Origin: Rozella allomycis CSF55
Lineage: Eukaryota
Direction of reading: 5' to 3'
Length of the DNA: 64,000 bases
Assembly (NCBI GenBank): GCA_000442015.1
Contig: KE561067.1
Location: 1-64,000 of the forward strand
Made by a program: the position numbers and the translations under genes. Under the pieces are notes generated by a model, which was not told where the DNA came from, did no database searches, and worked only from the letters and a program-made list of their open reading frames with translations. Below are positions 48,854 through 61,960 of the stretch, one piece after another (positions within the stretch are counted from its first letter, which is position 1; each line of letters starts with the position of its first letter).

Positions 48854-50961
48854 TTATTTATTGAGCTTGTTGATTAGTTTCAATGACGAAGATAAGTCTT
48901 TGACGTTGTGTATGCGAATGACATTTGCCCCTTGCATGACAGCATGGCAACTAACGGCTAAAGTTCCAAAATCTCTTGATTTAGCGTCGTCATTTTGAGT
49001 TAATTCTCCAATAAAGCGTTTACGGCTAACACCAATTAGCCACGGGTACTTTCCAAGTAATCTAGAGGATTTGAGTTGCTTGAGGTTTTGAAGGATTTCG
49101 AGATTTTGCTCTGTGTTTTTGGAGAAGCCAATACCAGGGTCCAAAATGATATTCCAGGGTCGAATGCCACTTTTCAAAGCGTTTGATACGATGGTAGATA
49201 ATTCTTTTTCTAGAGTATTTATTAATCCGTCCTCATAAGAATTGAGAGAATTCATAGTTTTAGAATTTCCTCTCATGTGCATTAAGCAGACAGGGACGTT
49301 AGCAAGGGCCATTGTCTTGTACATATTTTGATCTCTCAATCCCCCGCTAACATCGTTTATCATATCAGCGCCCGCCTTAATAGCAGCAGCCGCGACCTCT
49401 GATCTGAAAGTGTCGATTGAAATAGGTATTTCATTATTTACGCGTCTAATGGCTTCTATAACTGGTATAACTCTCCTTAGTTCTTCTTCGATCGCTGGCT
49501 CATCTGCAAAGGGTCTAGTGGAACAACCGCCAATGTCAATTATGTCTGCCCCTTGTTCCACCATTTCCAAAGCATGTTCCACTGCTGCCTCGACGGAAAA
49601 ATAATCACCGCCGTCACTAAAGCTATCCGGTGTAACATTAAGCACACCCATTATCACACAACTGTCATTCCAAGATATTGTTCTACTTCGAAATTTGGTA
49701 ATCCACTTTGCCGCGTCTTCCGGATCGTAATTTTGAGAATTTTGAAGAATGCTGTATAATTTTTTCATTTCAATTTGTAAAGTTGGGTGAAAGAAACTTG
49801 GATCGATGCTATTTCAAAGGTTTAAAAAAATTACTCGCAAAATGGTGCTAAAACAAACTCTCGCTCTGGTATTCTAGGATGAGGTATTGTTAATTCTGGT
49901 GTAATTAATTCTAAATCGTTATAAAATAAAATGTCTAAATCAATTGTTCTGGGCCCGTTATCAATTTCTTTAACTCTTTTCAATTCTTGTTCAATACCCT
50001 GGAGAAAATGTAGAAGCTCTAGAGGATGGAAATCAGTTTCAATCTAATTATTAGGATTAAAATATCATACTTTGCAAACGGCGTTAAAGAAACTTGGCTG
50101 ATCTAAAAAATACATCGGCTTAGTTTCGTAAAGGCGTGACACTTGAACTACCGATAGCTTTGAGCATTCCATCAAACACAATGCCGCGTTAATGTTACTA
50201 TAAGAATCACCTAAATTAGATCCCAAAGCAACAAAGCATGTATTTCTCTTGTCATCCTTGCTAAGAGAATCATCTGTAAAATTGCTTTTTATCAAAACCC
50301 CTGCTCCATCAGCCTCCAAAACAGCGGCAGGTTTAAGCAACTTGACAGAGACATGTTTGGAATATTCTTTACAAATATCCATCACAAAACAGCATAGACG
50401 TTCCACAGTCTTAAATTTTGTAGATTCAACCTCATTGACGCATCTTTCCACCATTTGCTTATAATTTAAATTTGAGTCGCCAAATATTTTAATGTCAAGT
50501 TTAATTGGTTGTAATTGAATTCTCTCAAATGAATTTAACCCAATAATAGCACGCAAAGCGAGCTCATTAATAGATATGTAATGAACATTAGTCAAACTGT
50601 CGACTCGATTTCTTGAAAAACAAAAAGCGAGATTATTTGAATTCAATAAACATTTTGGTAAACTCACTTTACATTTGAACCAGTCAATATTGAATGAAAA
50701 CAATACCAAAGATACTTCGTCTGCAAAATTAACAAGATCTTTAAATTTTTTATCCAGACAGAAATTTTTCAAAGTTTTAGCAACCGTCGAGTAACTTACT
50801 GAATCCTCTAAACTGTCAGTTTCACTGGTGGAAGATATATCTATTTTGAGTTTCAAGTTGAAAATAACTGGCTGACTAGAAAATCTATCCCAATTATCAA
50901 CTCCTACACAGCAACTTGTTTTAAAATTCTCCAATATAACAAAACTCTCTGTTTCGGTCAT
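48854..50961 (-). CDS. FOL1: Trifunctional folate synthesis protein (DHNA-DHNA-HPPK-DHPS), 2 short introns
   Basis: SVSYSTV, IIGLNSFER; VALGSNLGD..GPRTIDLDILFY..PHPRIPEREFVLAP; MGVLNVTPDSFSDGG, ISIDTF, DPGIGF, GVSRKRF. Confidence 0.95.
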
Positions 50962-51108
50962 GAAAAAATGGGGCTGGGATGTCAAAGGTTAGTAAATATC
51001 GAGTTTTTTCAATTCAAAATATCGCTAAGATGATTATTTAGAAGTTGATTATTCCTGTTTTGTCTAATTTGGCGAGTGAAGAATATTTAATATGACGGCA
51101 AATAGTGT

Positions 51109-52976
51109 TTATTTTCTTCCAAATGCATCCATTCCTTTGTCCAAGAGCTTTTCAATATCCATTCGTTGATGAATCATAGAAAGCTTTGGCCATATCATTC
51201 TTTCTCCCGTTAGTATACTATATTCGAAATATTCTTTTGATGGGTTATTCATCAATCTTAAATAATCAAGAAATCTTGGTTTTGGAAACATTGTTACAGA
51301 GCCATGAAATGTTTGTAAAAAGAAGTACGACCAGTCCAGTTTAAGCCATGTTGGCAAGAGATACAATTGTCTTAACAGTTGAAGCCAGCGTCTCATATCT
51401 AACTTTAAATACAGTTCAAGAAAAGAAGCAATGAATCCTCCTTTAAAGTTAAATCCACTTGAATGCGACCCATGCCTTTCGTAAAAGAATGGAATGATCA
51501 TCGGATTTACTTGTGACACTATTGTAAATTGAGTATTGAATAGTTGAGATAATTTTTCTGTCGGTACATCGATTTTGAAAGTCCCATCTCTCCATTTGTG
51601 TACTCCAATAGAATCAAAATGGGTTACAAAGTTGGGGCTGCTTTCCGAAAACTTTCTGATGCGCTCATTTTTCAAGGGATGTTCATAGCCTATTTCACAA
51701 GGCTTTAATTCATCATTTGGTATCTTTTTATACAATTTGACGCTACGAAACATGAATGGGATTGCAATTGACGCTAAAACCGCGCTGTGAATGACTACAT
51801 CAGGCGTCGTTAGATAATTAAGAATTTGTGGTGGTTTTTGATGATCCTCATGAATGACAGATATATTTAAAATTCTTCCAGTCTTTTTATATGCCTCAAT
51901 AAAGGTTAAATCACCAAGAGTACATTTTCGTAAAACCGATACAGCGTAATCAGTATCAACCATAGCTCCACTCCTTAAAAACCTGAGCAAACGACTGGAC
52001 ATACTATCTAACGGCGACATTAACTTTAAGTGCTGCTCTTTATCATTGTATAGTTCAAGCAACTGTTCATCGGTTCGCGTACAAACAATGGCTGCCATGA
52101 TTGCCCCAGAGCCTATTATTTTATTTACATTATTTCGGTACTTGTTCCAGAAATAATGCGCGGCAAAATACCCTGGTCGAGCATGGTCTTTATTACACCT
52201 TAATTAATGATAACAATTACATATACCTACCTATATGAAAAAGGCCAAACATGGCACCCCCAGAAAGGCATAGAGCAGTCCTTCCATAAATCTTGGACGC
52301 TTTCCGGAAGAAATCCTTTTTCTCTTCGGAAGGTATCATATCTGTTTGAATTATCCACTGCAGACCGCTACACACTTTTAAAAAAAGGTATGAAAATTAC
52401 CCTCGCCAGTAAATTGTTCAATTATAGTTTTAGTGCCAATGTATGACTGATTGTAGAGTCTTTCATGCATAATACCACCCAAGTTGCATCGAACGCCGCT
52501 CTCTAGTAATAACTTGATCATTCTTTGAGCCTTTTCTTTAAAGTTTTGGTTACTCAGTCTAGTACCCCTCAAGTTATCCGTAATCTATAGAAATACAAAT
52601 TTGCACCAATTACCTCCTTTATCAAGTTATAGTCAAAGTATGGTGATCTGGGATCTTTTCTCCATTTATCTTTATGTGTTGCTTTGTCAGCACCCTTTGC
52701 GCAATGTGTGTATTCGTTTAAGTCTTTGGCTGTTTTCATTCCTTGTTGCCACCGTCTTAAATTTCGATTTCGTACGTGCCCATTAAAATATTCATATGCT
52801 CTAACAATTTGTCGAAGGATTGTATAGGCAATAAGGTCAATTACTAAGGCAGTTAAGGTGATTAAAAGAAGGGGATAGCGTAGTAATTTAAACGTCTTGC
52901 TGTTTGGAAGAGATGAATCATAGTCTTTTAGAATCTTTATACCTTCAACTGGCGTATTTGAATCTGAGGAAACCAT
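51109..52976 (-). CDS. Patatin-like triacylglycerol lipase (TGL3/4/5, SDP1-like), 4 short introns
   Basis: YGRTALCLSGGAMFG, ISGTSSGAI (GxSxG), LTFIEAYKKTGRILNI, LNYLTTPDVVI, WRDGT, IVSQVNP. Confidence 0.92.
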
Positions 52977-53105
52977 GTTAACTGTGACGCAATTCTGAAA
53001 TACGAAAAACTGGAAACATGATACGAAAAATGCGCAATTCAAAAATTAATCACGTTAAACATAAGTAAATAAATAATGCATCAGTTTAACAGACTGAAAT
53101 CAATT

Positions 53106-53419
53106 TTATACAGATTCATATCCTCCTTGGCGGGTAAGAGCCACTTGCTCTGCAGCGATGTCTATTTCAGCCATTGACAATTTACCATAATTGCCTCTTG
53201 AATCTCCTCTTAGACTGCAATGTGGGTCTATCAGTATTTACTACATTTGATTACCATAAAACGCAATGTTGGCAAGATATTCCACACAATACAAACATGC
53301 AGCACCTGTAATGATTACAATTGGAAATGGAGCCAGTTCTAATCAAATAAATAATAGTTTACTGTCAATAGAGGAAATTGCCTAAGTCCTTTCTTAAATC
53401 CAAAGTTAAAATTGACCAT
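53106..53419 (-). CDS. Small single-TM protein, possibly NDUFA4/COXFA4-like; model needs a GT-TG intron
   Basis: APFPIVIITGAACLYCVEYLANIAFY|DPHCSLR via a 27-nt GT-AG intron; first exon joins only through a non-AG acceptor. Confidence 0.4.
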
Positions 53420-53534
53420 TTCGTTGAATCAACCGATGAATCGGAATTTCCAAAATTTAAACAAATCAATTAAAAGGCTACGAATGAGATATAATGAGTT
53501 ATGTTATCTTAATTTATTGATTATTCTATAATGG

Positions 53535-53870
53535 CTAAATTCGGGTTTTGATGCTTGCTATATGGCTTTCGAGATCAACTATTTCTTGAACAATATTTTG
53601 GATATACATTGCCGCGTTTTCTAGAACTTGGTCTCTCGATAATTTATGATCCAACCCAAGAATTTGTCTAAGTGCCATGTTTGCTTGATTAATTTGCGTT
53701 CGACGCTTATTCTCTGAACGAACATGAACTCGTCGCCGATACTCCTTTTTATCTAGGAGCTTTAAAGATGCCAAGTCGTCCAAGGGAACGATTTCTTTAG
53801 TCGGTTTAATGCTTGCTTCATTTAGAAAGAAATTATCAAAATAATCTTGAGAATGGAAGTCAGTTATCAT
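53535..53870 (-). CDS. bHLH transcription factor (start uncertain)
   Basis: RRRVHVRSENKRRTQINQANMALRQIL..SRDQVLENAAMYIQNI. Confidence 0.75.
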   Translation of the reverse strand: MITDFHSQDYFDNFFLNEASIKPTKEIVPLDDLASLKLLDKKEYRRRVHVRSENKRRTQINQANMALRQILGLDHKLSRDQVLENAAMYIQNIVQEIVDLESHIASIKTRI

Positions 53871-53969
53871 GTCTTGTTTTAAAATTACCCCTATCACATC
53901 TATATTTGTACCAAACGAGGGGTCAAATTTTGAACCAATCAAAAGACTCTAGGTTTTGCAGGGGTGAAA

Positions 53970-55079
53970 ATGCTATTCAACTCTGTAGACGCACTCGCCT
54001 TTACAATTTGTGCCGCATATGTAGCATTGTATTTCTACGGTAAACGAAGAAATAAAAGCATAGTGGAAAATTGGTACATTATATTTTTATAACGTTTTAG
54101 GTATAGAAACAGTATCACGTTGTTTGAAAATCAATTTTCTAAACTTTCCGTTGATGAAAAGCACGGAATTGTAGCACTCGGAGCGAAGGACTTTATTCTC
54201 CAATTTTCTGGTAGAGATTTTGTATCAAAGTGTGAAATCGAAATAGAAGTAAAATGATACATTTGAAAACAAAGTTAAAACCCAGACATGACATACTGAA
54301 AATGATTTATGGGTATACGTTGCATAATCTAGAGGATACTGTCACAATTAGTGTGACACTTCCAGAGACGATCGCACTGCCAATTATCGCTGCCGGGCCG
54401 GAAACTGTATTAAAGCAGTGCCACAGAGAAAGATATGATTTGGTAAAAGTTGGTAACGAAATAAAAAGAATCAATTTACTCCTCTCAAGAAAGGAGCCGC
54501 CATCGCAGATTCGGTCTTAATGCTTGGAGAAAGTCATGAAGCCATGAATTTTATAATGGACTCAAATTTTAAAGAATTTATATCTAATAACGAATCCGTT
54601 TATACTCTGGAATATTTAATTATCTCAGACCAACCAGCTGACTTTACCATTGAGTAAGCCGTCTCTTTCTTGTTGTTTTAGTGCAGAGGTTTCTTCTGTA
54701 AAAGGAATAGAATTTAAATACAAGCTTAAAAATAAGAATGATTATCTTGCCATGAATGAACTTTTATTTTATATTCTGGACAAGATCGAGCAAATGAAAT
54801 TATCACCGGAAACTCTCCAGAAGATCAAAAATTCGAGAAAAGAAGCCGCTGAAGTCATATACAGAAAAACAAGAAAAGATAGAGAAAGGGTAACTGAGTA
54901 ATGTTTGCCAATATGAATAGATTGCCCAAGAAAAGAAAATTGAAAAAAGAAGAATGGAAGAAAGAAGAATGCAAAAGCTTTCCCCAGAAGAGCAACGAAA
55001 ATTTGAAGAAAAAATGAAAAAGAAAGAACAAAAGAAGAATGTAAAGAAGGGTCGTTTGCTTTTAACAGTTGGGCGCTAA
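53970..55079 (+). CDS. CCDC47/DUF1682 (PAT complex subunit)-like, 5 short introns
   Basis: TM then YGKRRNKSIVENW..FENQF..FSGR..LKPRHD..RYDL..IISDQP..LSPEEQRKFEEK. Confidence 0.8.
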
Positions 55080-55226
55080 TTAATAGAATAATAAATATTA
55101 TTACATTACAAAAAAAATTCTTTTCCATTGATTAAAAGTTTCTCTCCTCTTCAAGAAGATTAACTTTGATTAGAAAAGCTTTAACGGCTATAAAAAGCCA
55201 AAGGCTATACGCTAACCCAAAGCTAT

Positions 55227-56093
55227 ATGAATCGTTATTCTTCAGATTTGCTTAAATTTCTACTTTACTTGGTCAATTTTCTTGCATTGGTATACAGATT
55301 AAGGTTTCTTATATTTAGATTGGAGGATTGGCATTGGTTGGGCTGTCAATTGCAGCAATAGTTGAACAAAATTCAATTCACGATTTTGTCATGTAATAAC
55401 ATCTTTTAGAATTTTATTAGGATGGGATATCCGGTTTCGTTGCTGATAATCGGGGCACTATTCGTTTTGTTGGGCTTATTTGGCATGTGGGCAACGGGTG
55501 TTCAGTCTGTACGTATGATCAGACTAGTAATGATTACTAATGAACTCTATTAGTACCTAATTGTACTCTCCATTATAATTATCCTGCAAGTTGTCCTTAC
55601 AGCAGTTGCATTATCTCAACATGACAAAGTAAAAACACTCTTTACGAATAATAGATTGATTCTATGGTGAAAGATGGATGGTATAGCGCCAATCCATCTG
55701 TTATTCAAAACGTCGAACAAATGTTTGAGTGCTGTGGGTACAGGAATGTTCTGGATCATGCAATACCTGCAGATTGCACTAAAGATCCCAATTTTGGTTT
55801 TAAGAGATCTTGCAGATACCAAGTAATGAAATCAAAATTCTTTTAGAGATTGTCACTTTGGCTCAAAGGCATACAAGATTATTGGGTATAGTTGGGCTCA
55901 TCCTTGGGGTCATGGAATTCGTAGCGTTAATATGTGCTAGCATTTTATTATATCAATTGGGAGGAGAAGACTGGAAACGAGAAGGAAGTATTCTTGAAGA
56001 AGCAAGAAGGTAAAAGGTTAATGTTCATCAAACTAGCTGGTTAGATTAAATCGAGAGGGGGCAATCCCCACATATCAATCAGCCCGCCCATAA
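55227..56093 (+). CDS. Tetraspanin, about 6 short introns (last exon uncertain)
   Basis: 4 TMs; LGLFGMWA; large loop FECCGY..PADC..SC. Confidence 0.82.
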
Positions 56094-56192
56094 TAAATTT
56101 CATTTCAATTTGATTACTTTGAATCTATATTTATATATTCTACTATTTTTAGACGTTTTTTTGAAACTTGAGACTACCCCTTTGAAACAAAA

Positions 56193-56807
56193 ATGCTTGG
56201 ACGTGTTAAAATCCTGTTTTGCGTATTCGCTACAATCTTAGCTTCCCCTGACAAAGTAGCCAAAATAATAGATGTTAAGGGTCGATTGGTCAAAGTTCGC
56301 GGCAAAGAATATTTTGAAGAATTAGTAACTACAGATAATATCTACATGACTGATCAAAATAAACTACAAGCTATTGATCACAAGAAGAAGCATTCTGTAT
56401 ATGATTTGAGCGGTAAAAAGGTCGGAGGATGCGAAAAAGAAGAACTCGATATTCCACTAAACGATGTGTACGTTGAAATCAAAGGCGACAAAATTGGCAA
56501 TGAAAAAGTCAATGAAGGAACTATTGGCGAGAATAAACAATTGAAGCGCGAATTAGACGCTCATAATACTTCAAAGTCATCGACGGCAACGAAAAAGTTA
56601 ATTGAAGAAAAATCAGTGAACGGCGATGCCAGTTACACAATTGAATTTATGGATCCATATATTCTCGCTGGAATAATAACGTTTTCCATATTTCTCTCGC
56701 TAACTATATTAATACTTACAATTAAGAGAATCAAGAAAAGTAAAAACGTTGAATATTCTAGTCTTTCAACTTCAAGTAAAGAGGGCCTTACAAGTAATCT
56801 GGCCTAA
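56193..56807 (+). CDS. Single-pass type I membrane protein of unknown function, intronless
   Basis: Signal peptide, C-terminal TM with basic stop-transfer, YSSL motif. Confidence 0.65.
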   Translation: MLGRVKILFCVFATILASPDKVAKIIDVKGRLVKVRGKEYFEELVTTDNIYMTDQNKLQAIDHKKKHSVYDLSGKKVGGCEKEELDIPLNDVYVEIKGDKIGNEKVNEGTIGENKQLKRELDAHNTSKSSTATKKLIEEKSVNGDASYTIEFMDPYILAGIITFSIFLSLTILILTIKRIKKSKNVEYSSLSTSSKEGLTSNLA

Positions 56808-57085
56808 CTGATTAAGTCAATAAATATTTTTTGAATTCTAAAAGGCATTTTAATGACATATTCATCGATATACTTAAAGGGTAATATCAGTGAGATTGAT
56901 CCCCTAATCCCTTCACCTTGGCACTTGATTTCGGCATTAAATATCCATTTAACTATTGGACAATGCAAGAAGTTTTCACCACTACATCGACTTATTATCT
57001 ATTAATATAATCCTTGCATTTGAGAACATATTCTTATAAATAGCAATTGATCACTATTTCTAAAAATAGATTTAAGTGCTTCATN

Positions 57086-58054
57086 ATGTCGATTTTTTCT
57101 TTTCTTTTCGCAGTTATATTTAGCTTTTGCTCAGGTACGATGAGCCCTTCCGATGCCAATAAACTTTTGGCTTTGACAAATCAACACCGCGCATCTCTCG
57201 GGCTTAACGCCCTGCAGCTAGATTCCAAATTAACAGCTGCCGCTGAAGGACATTCCAATGCTCAAGCCCAAGCTAAAACTATGGGACATTTTGGTTTTGA
57301 GAATAGGATGGCTACCTGTGGCTTTCCAGGATCCGATTGGGCTGAAAACGTGGGAATGACACAAAGACGCCCAATCGATGTCGCTTTCATGCACCAAATG
57401 TGGTTAGATTCACCAGGACATCGGCGAAATATTGAAAAGGTTGGTCTCACACATGTAGGATTTGGGTTAGCAGCCAATCCCGATGGGGATTATTTGTTCT
57501 ACACAGAATTCTTTTCTGCAATATCTTCAGGATCAAAGTACAAGGGTACGCAACCTCAAGTTCAACAACCGTCAAGTTATCAAGGATCTCCATCAAATGG
57601 CCATCGTTCATTATACGACACTTCTACTGGCGCAGGCGCACCTACAACGAAGAAAGGATGTAAGAACTCAATCAAATCAGGAGCAGGTATTCCTCAAATT
57701 CCAAATGCTTCAACTCAAAATACGTCAACTCCAAATACTTCAACTCCAAATACGTCAACGCCAAATACATCAACACAAAATACGGGAACACAATCCCCTG
57801 ATGGAAATTCAGGAGATCAACATTCTGCGCCTTCTTTGGAGTCATTGATTAAAGACACTCTTGGCGATCTTATGAATGGAGATTATTCAAATTCGCAAAC
57901 CCAAGATTCAAGCGATCCAAACGCACATCAAACCCAATACTCCAAAAAGACATACAAGATTAATAATTCCGGTCAAGGAGGCCCTAATGTTACTGTGTAC
58001 CAGTTCTTTATTATATCAAATGGTGGTAAAGACTCGGGAGAGGTGAAAAAGTAA
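57086..58054 (+). CDS. Secreted CAP (SCP/YkwD-type) protein with low-complexity tail
   Basis: LTNQHRASLGL..LDSKLTAAAEGHS..MGH..AENVG..WLDSPGHRRNI..VGFG; NTSTP repeats. Confidence 0.9.
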   Translation: MSIFSFLFAVIFSFCSGTMSPSDANKLLALTNQHRASLGLNALQLDSKLTAAAEGHSNAQAQAKTMGHFGFENRMATCGFPGSDWAENVGMTQRRPIDVAFMHQMWLDSPGHRRNIEKVGLTHVGFGLAANPDGDYLFYTEFFSAISSGSKYKGTQPQVQQPSSYQGSPSNGHRSLYDTSTGAGAPTTKKGCKNSIKSGAGIPQIPNASTQNTSTPNTSTPNTSTPNTSTQNTGTQSPDGNSGDQHSAPSLESLIKDTLGDLMNGDYSNSQTQDSSDPNAHQTQYSKKTYKINNSGQGGPNVTVYQFFIISNGGKDSGEVKK

Positions 58055-58156
58055 CAGTCAGTTCAATCAATAAAAAATAATTTTTGATCTTATAAAATTG
58101 ATTTTTTATAATCATTTCTTTGATTCTCCATAGTTTTGAGCGGGAACAAAGCCACA

Positions 58157-61100
58157 ATGGTAAAGGTACTCAATGTAGCTGAAAAACCTTCTATGGCGAA
58201 AGCCATAGCAGATCATTTATCAAACCATCAATTTAGCACTGTATACTATAAGATAATAATATTTGTAGAGAAAAGGCGTAGACAAGTATTGCAACAATTT
58301 TGATTTTATTGTGTACCAGCAAAGAAACCAGATGCAGTGTGAGATGACAATGACGAGTGTTCTTGGACATGTAATGGAATATGCGTTTCCAGACGAGACG
58401 AAGAGTTGGACAGGCTATCCAGTTGAAAATATGTTTTCCATACCGATAGTGAAAAAAGTTCATCCAGTAGAGGCATGATAGATTAATAATAGGACAAGGA
58501 GAGAATAAAGGTTAATTTGGAGAGGGAGAGTCGAAAAGCAGAGTGGCTAATTATTTGGACTGATTGTGACAGAGAAGGCGAGAATATTGGGATGGAAATT
58601 TCAGAAATATGCAGACGGGCGAATCCAAGACTATTAGTGTATAGAGCCAGATTTTCTGTTGTCAATGGAAGGTTTGAATGATTTTGTTTGAAGAGTAGGG
58701 AGTTGAAGAATTCATTTGAGAATCTGTCGCAGATAGATGTGAATATGAGTATGGCGGTTGATACGAGACAAGAGCTTGATTTAAGGATTGGGGCTGCCTT
58801 TACGCGCCTTCAAACGATAAATTTACAAAGCAAATTTAAGAGTTTAGAAAAGACTGTGATATCGTATGGCCCATGCCAATTTCCAACGCTTGGATTTATT
58901 GTTGATCAGTATAGAAAAAATAAAGATTTTGTTTCTGAATGTTTTTGGAGTTTGACGGCAACGTTGGAAAAGGAAAATAAGAATTGCGTTTGTTCATGGG
59001 CCAGGGGAAGCATATTTGATGAAAGAGTTGTTGAACTTTATAAAACGATTTGCCAAAGAAGCCCGATAGCCAGAATAATGAAAGTGGATGAAAAGGCTAC
59101 AAAGAAATAGTAATAGAGATGATTGAATGAAATAGTCGACCCTTGCCATTGACAACTGTTGAATTTCAAAAGTTTGGCACGCGATATTTAAAGATGAGTT
59201 CGCACAAACTGATGAATGTAAGTTGATTCTATTTTATTGAAAGATTGCAGAGAAATTGTATAACAGGGGTATAATTAGTTATCCTAGAACAGAAACAGAT
59301 GTATTTGAGAATGGAATTGATTTGAAGGGGTTGATTCAAAAACATTGCGATAACGAAATTTGGGGAAATTATTGCCAGGGTTTAATGCAGGGGTCATTTA
59401 TGTTCCCAAGAAAAGGAAAACACAACGACAAGGCGCATCCCCCAATCCATCCAACGATGAATGTAAATAATTTGGAAGGAGAAGAATTTAAAGTTTATGA
59501 ATTTATAACGAGAAGGTAAAATAGAATAATTGAATGGGAAAGATTTTTAGCTTGTTGCTCAAAGGATGCGTTAGGCGTTGAAACAAAAGTTGAAATAAAA
59601 ATTGCTGATGAAACGTTTGCATGTTCGGGGCTTTTGATTACGGAAAGAAATTATTTAGAAATTTACATTTATGATAAATGGAATGAAAATAGTTTACCAA
59701 AATTAATTGTTGGTGAAGAAATCAAAGCAAAAATTTCAAAAACGAATGGAAAGACTACTGCGCCACCATTGTTAACTGAAGGCGATTTGATTGGATTGAT
59801 GGACAAGAATGGGATTGGCACTGATGCAACAATTCATGATCACATTAAGAAAATTCAAGATAGAAATTATGCGAAAAAGACTTCAAAGGGTTTCATTCCA
59901 ACGCCACTTGGTCTTTCTCTAGTTGAAGGCTACGACGCTTACAATTTTGATCATTCTTTAACAAAGCCCCAATTAAGAGCTTTAATGGAATCTGAAATGA
60001 ACAATGTTTGTCAAGGTTTAAAATCTAAAAATCAAGTTTTAGAACAGGGAATCAATTTATACTTTAATTTATTCATTAAAACTAAAAATTCTATCAATTT
60101 GTTATTGCAGGTAAAATGTTATGACTTTCTAAAAATAGGTATGGCTTAGTGTTAATCTATTTTTAGAAAGTTTCAGAAAATTTGAATCAAGAAATTTCAG
60201 AAGATGACCACGTTGAGATAAATCGACATTCAAATTATGTTCAACCGTCAAACAATTCAAATTCAAATTATGTTCAACCGTCAAACTCAAATTCAAGTTC
60301 AAGTTATGTTCAACCGTCAAATTCTTTTTCTTCAAACACATCAAATACTTTTTCTTCAAACTCTTCTAACTCNGTTCAACCGTCAAACAATTCAACTTCC
60401 AACTCATCAAACTCCTTTAACCCTTCAAACACATCAAACTCATATAACCCTTCAAATCCATCGCTGGAACAAAATACAAATTCCCCTCCTTGTAGCTGCG
60501 GTTTAAATTCATTTCTCTTCACAGTCAAAAAACAAGGCCCCAATCTTGGCAAAAAATTCTATTCTTGCTCAAAACCTCAAAATGAAAAATGCGATTTTTT
60601 TCAGTGGCTTGATCCTCCAATAGATCAGTCTGCGCCACAAAGATCTGTAGATGATTTTGGCTCTTCAATATCTTGTAACTGCAATAAAATAGTCCAATTA
60701 AAAACTGTCCAGAAATCTGGCCCAAATTATGGGAAAAAGTTTTATTCTTGTTCTACTTGCGATTTCTTTCTGTGGAGTCTCAACGACTCTTCCCACAGTC
60801 AATCCATTCAAGAGGCAATCAAATGCGATTGTGGGTTGGAATCTGTTTCTTTCACGTGTCAAAAGCCTCCAAATAATGGAAGAAAATTTTTTAAATGTCC
60901 AAAACAAAGTGGAATGAAATGTTCGTTTTTTCAATGGGCTGATGAACATTCAACTACAAGGGTTGATCATAGTACAAGAGTTAATTACAATTCAAGAGAT
61001 AGCAGCAATACATGGGATAACGCTAATACATGGGATAACAACAATTCAAGGGTTAATCAATATAATTCAAGGTCTAATCATAATTCTTCTAATACAAATT

Positions 61101-61229
61101 CATATAATTCAAATGCAAACGTTGATTGCTTTCTTTGCAAACGAGTAATCTTTTCGTATTTCATTTAATCTTTAGAAGGGACACTTTGCTAATAATTGTC
61201 CATCAAAGAAGAGAAGGCAAAATCATTAA
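58157..61229 (+). CDS. TOP3: DNA topoisomerase III alpha with three GRF zinc fingers and a CCHC knuckle
   Basis: VLNVAEKPS, MTSVLGH, WTDCDREGENIG, SYGPCQFPTLG, ISYPRTET, AHPPIHP, GIGTDAT; C.CG..GPN.GKKFY.C..C.FFQW. Confidence 0.95.
60111..60166 (+). other. Compound intron: 2 tandem 28-nt GT-AG units
   Basis: 60111-60138 and 60139-60166; only removal of both reaches the open frame AAA GTT TCA. Confidence 0.75.
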
Positions 61230-61399
61230 TTTATCATATAAACACATTTAAAACTCATTATATAATTAAATTCTATTGTTAAGGTATAAGACGCTATAAC
61301 ACTTCAATGGGATCTCGATCTCTTCAGCCTATATATATCACCGATGTCTATAAATAACTATCTCGATATATTTAGACGAACGAGAAGTCCCTGTTACAT

Positions 61400-61960
61400 A
61401 TGTATCGTTGTATCTTTCTTTTGTTTTCTGCATTCGTATTTGACTATTGCTCAGCTACTATGAGCTCTGCCGACGCAAATAAGCTCTTGGCTTTGACAAA
61501 TCAGCATCGTGCTTCCATCGGTTTAAATGCATTGCAATTAGATGGCAAATTAACCGCTGCCGCAGAAGGACATTCCATTGCTCAAGCTCAAACAAAAACT
61601 ATGAGCCATAATGGGCTTGACAGTCGAATAGCAAACTGCGGGTTTCCAGGAATCGTTTGGGCTGAAAATGTTGGCATGTCAGAAAACAAGCCAATAAATG
61701 TCGCTGAAATGCATAAAGGCTGGTTGAATTCACCGAAACATCGAGCAAATATTGAAAAGGCGGGTCTCACTCATGTAGGATTCGGTTTGGCTGCCAATGG
61801 AAATTTTTTGTACTATACTGAATTTTTTGGTGGAGTCGCGTCGGGTTCTAAATACAGTGGCACAAAACCACAAGGTCGACCATCAAACAGTCAAAGATCT
61901 TCTTCGACTGGTCGCCGCTCATTGTCCGATCAGTTAGCAATCAACAGGTTCAAACGTTGA
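61400..61960 (+). CDS. Secreted CAP protein, short paralog
   Basis: Signal peptide plus CAP domain nearly identical to 62362-63435. Confidence 0.9.
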   Translation: MYRCIFLLFSAFVFDYCSATMSSADANKLLALTNQHRASIGLNALQLDGKLTAAAEGHSIAQAQTKTMSHNGLDSRIANCGFPGIVWAENVGMSENKPINVAEMHKGWLNSPKHRANIEKAGLTHVGFGLAANGNFLYYTEFFGGVASGSKYSGTKPQGRPSNSQRSSSTGRRSLSDQLAINRFKR

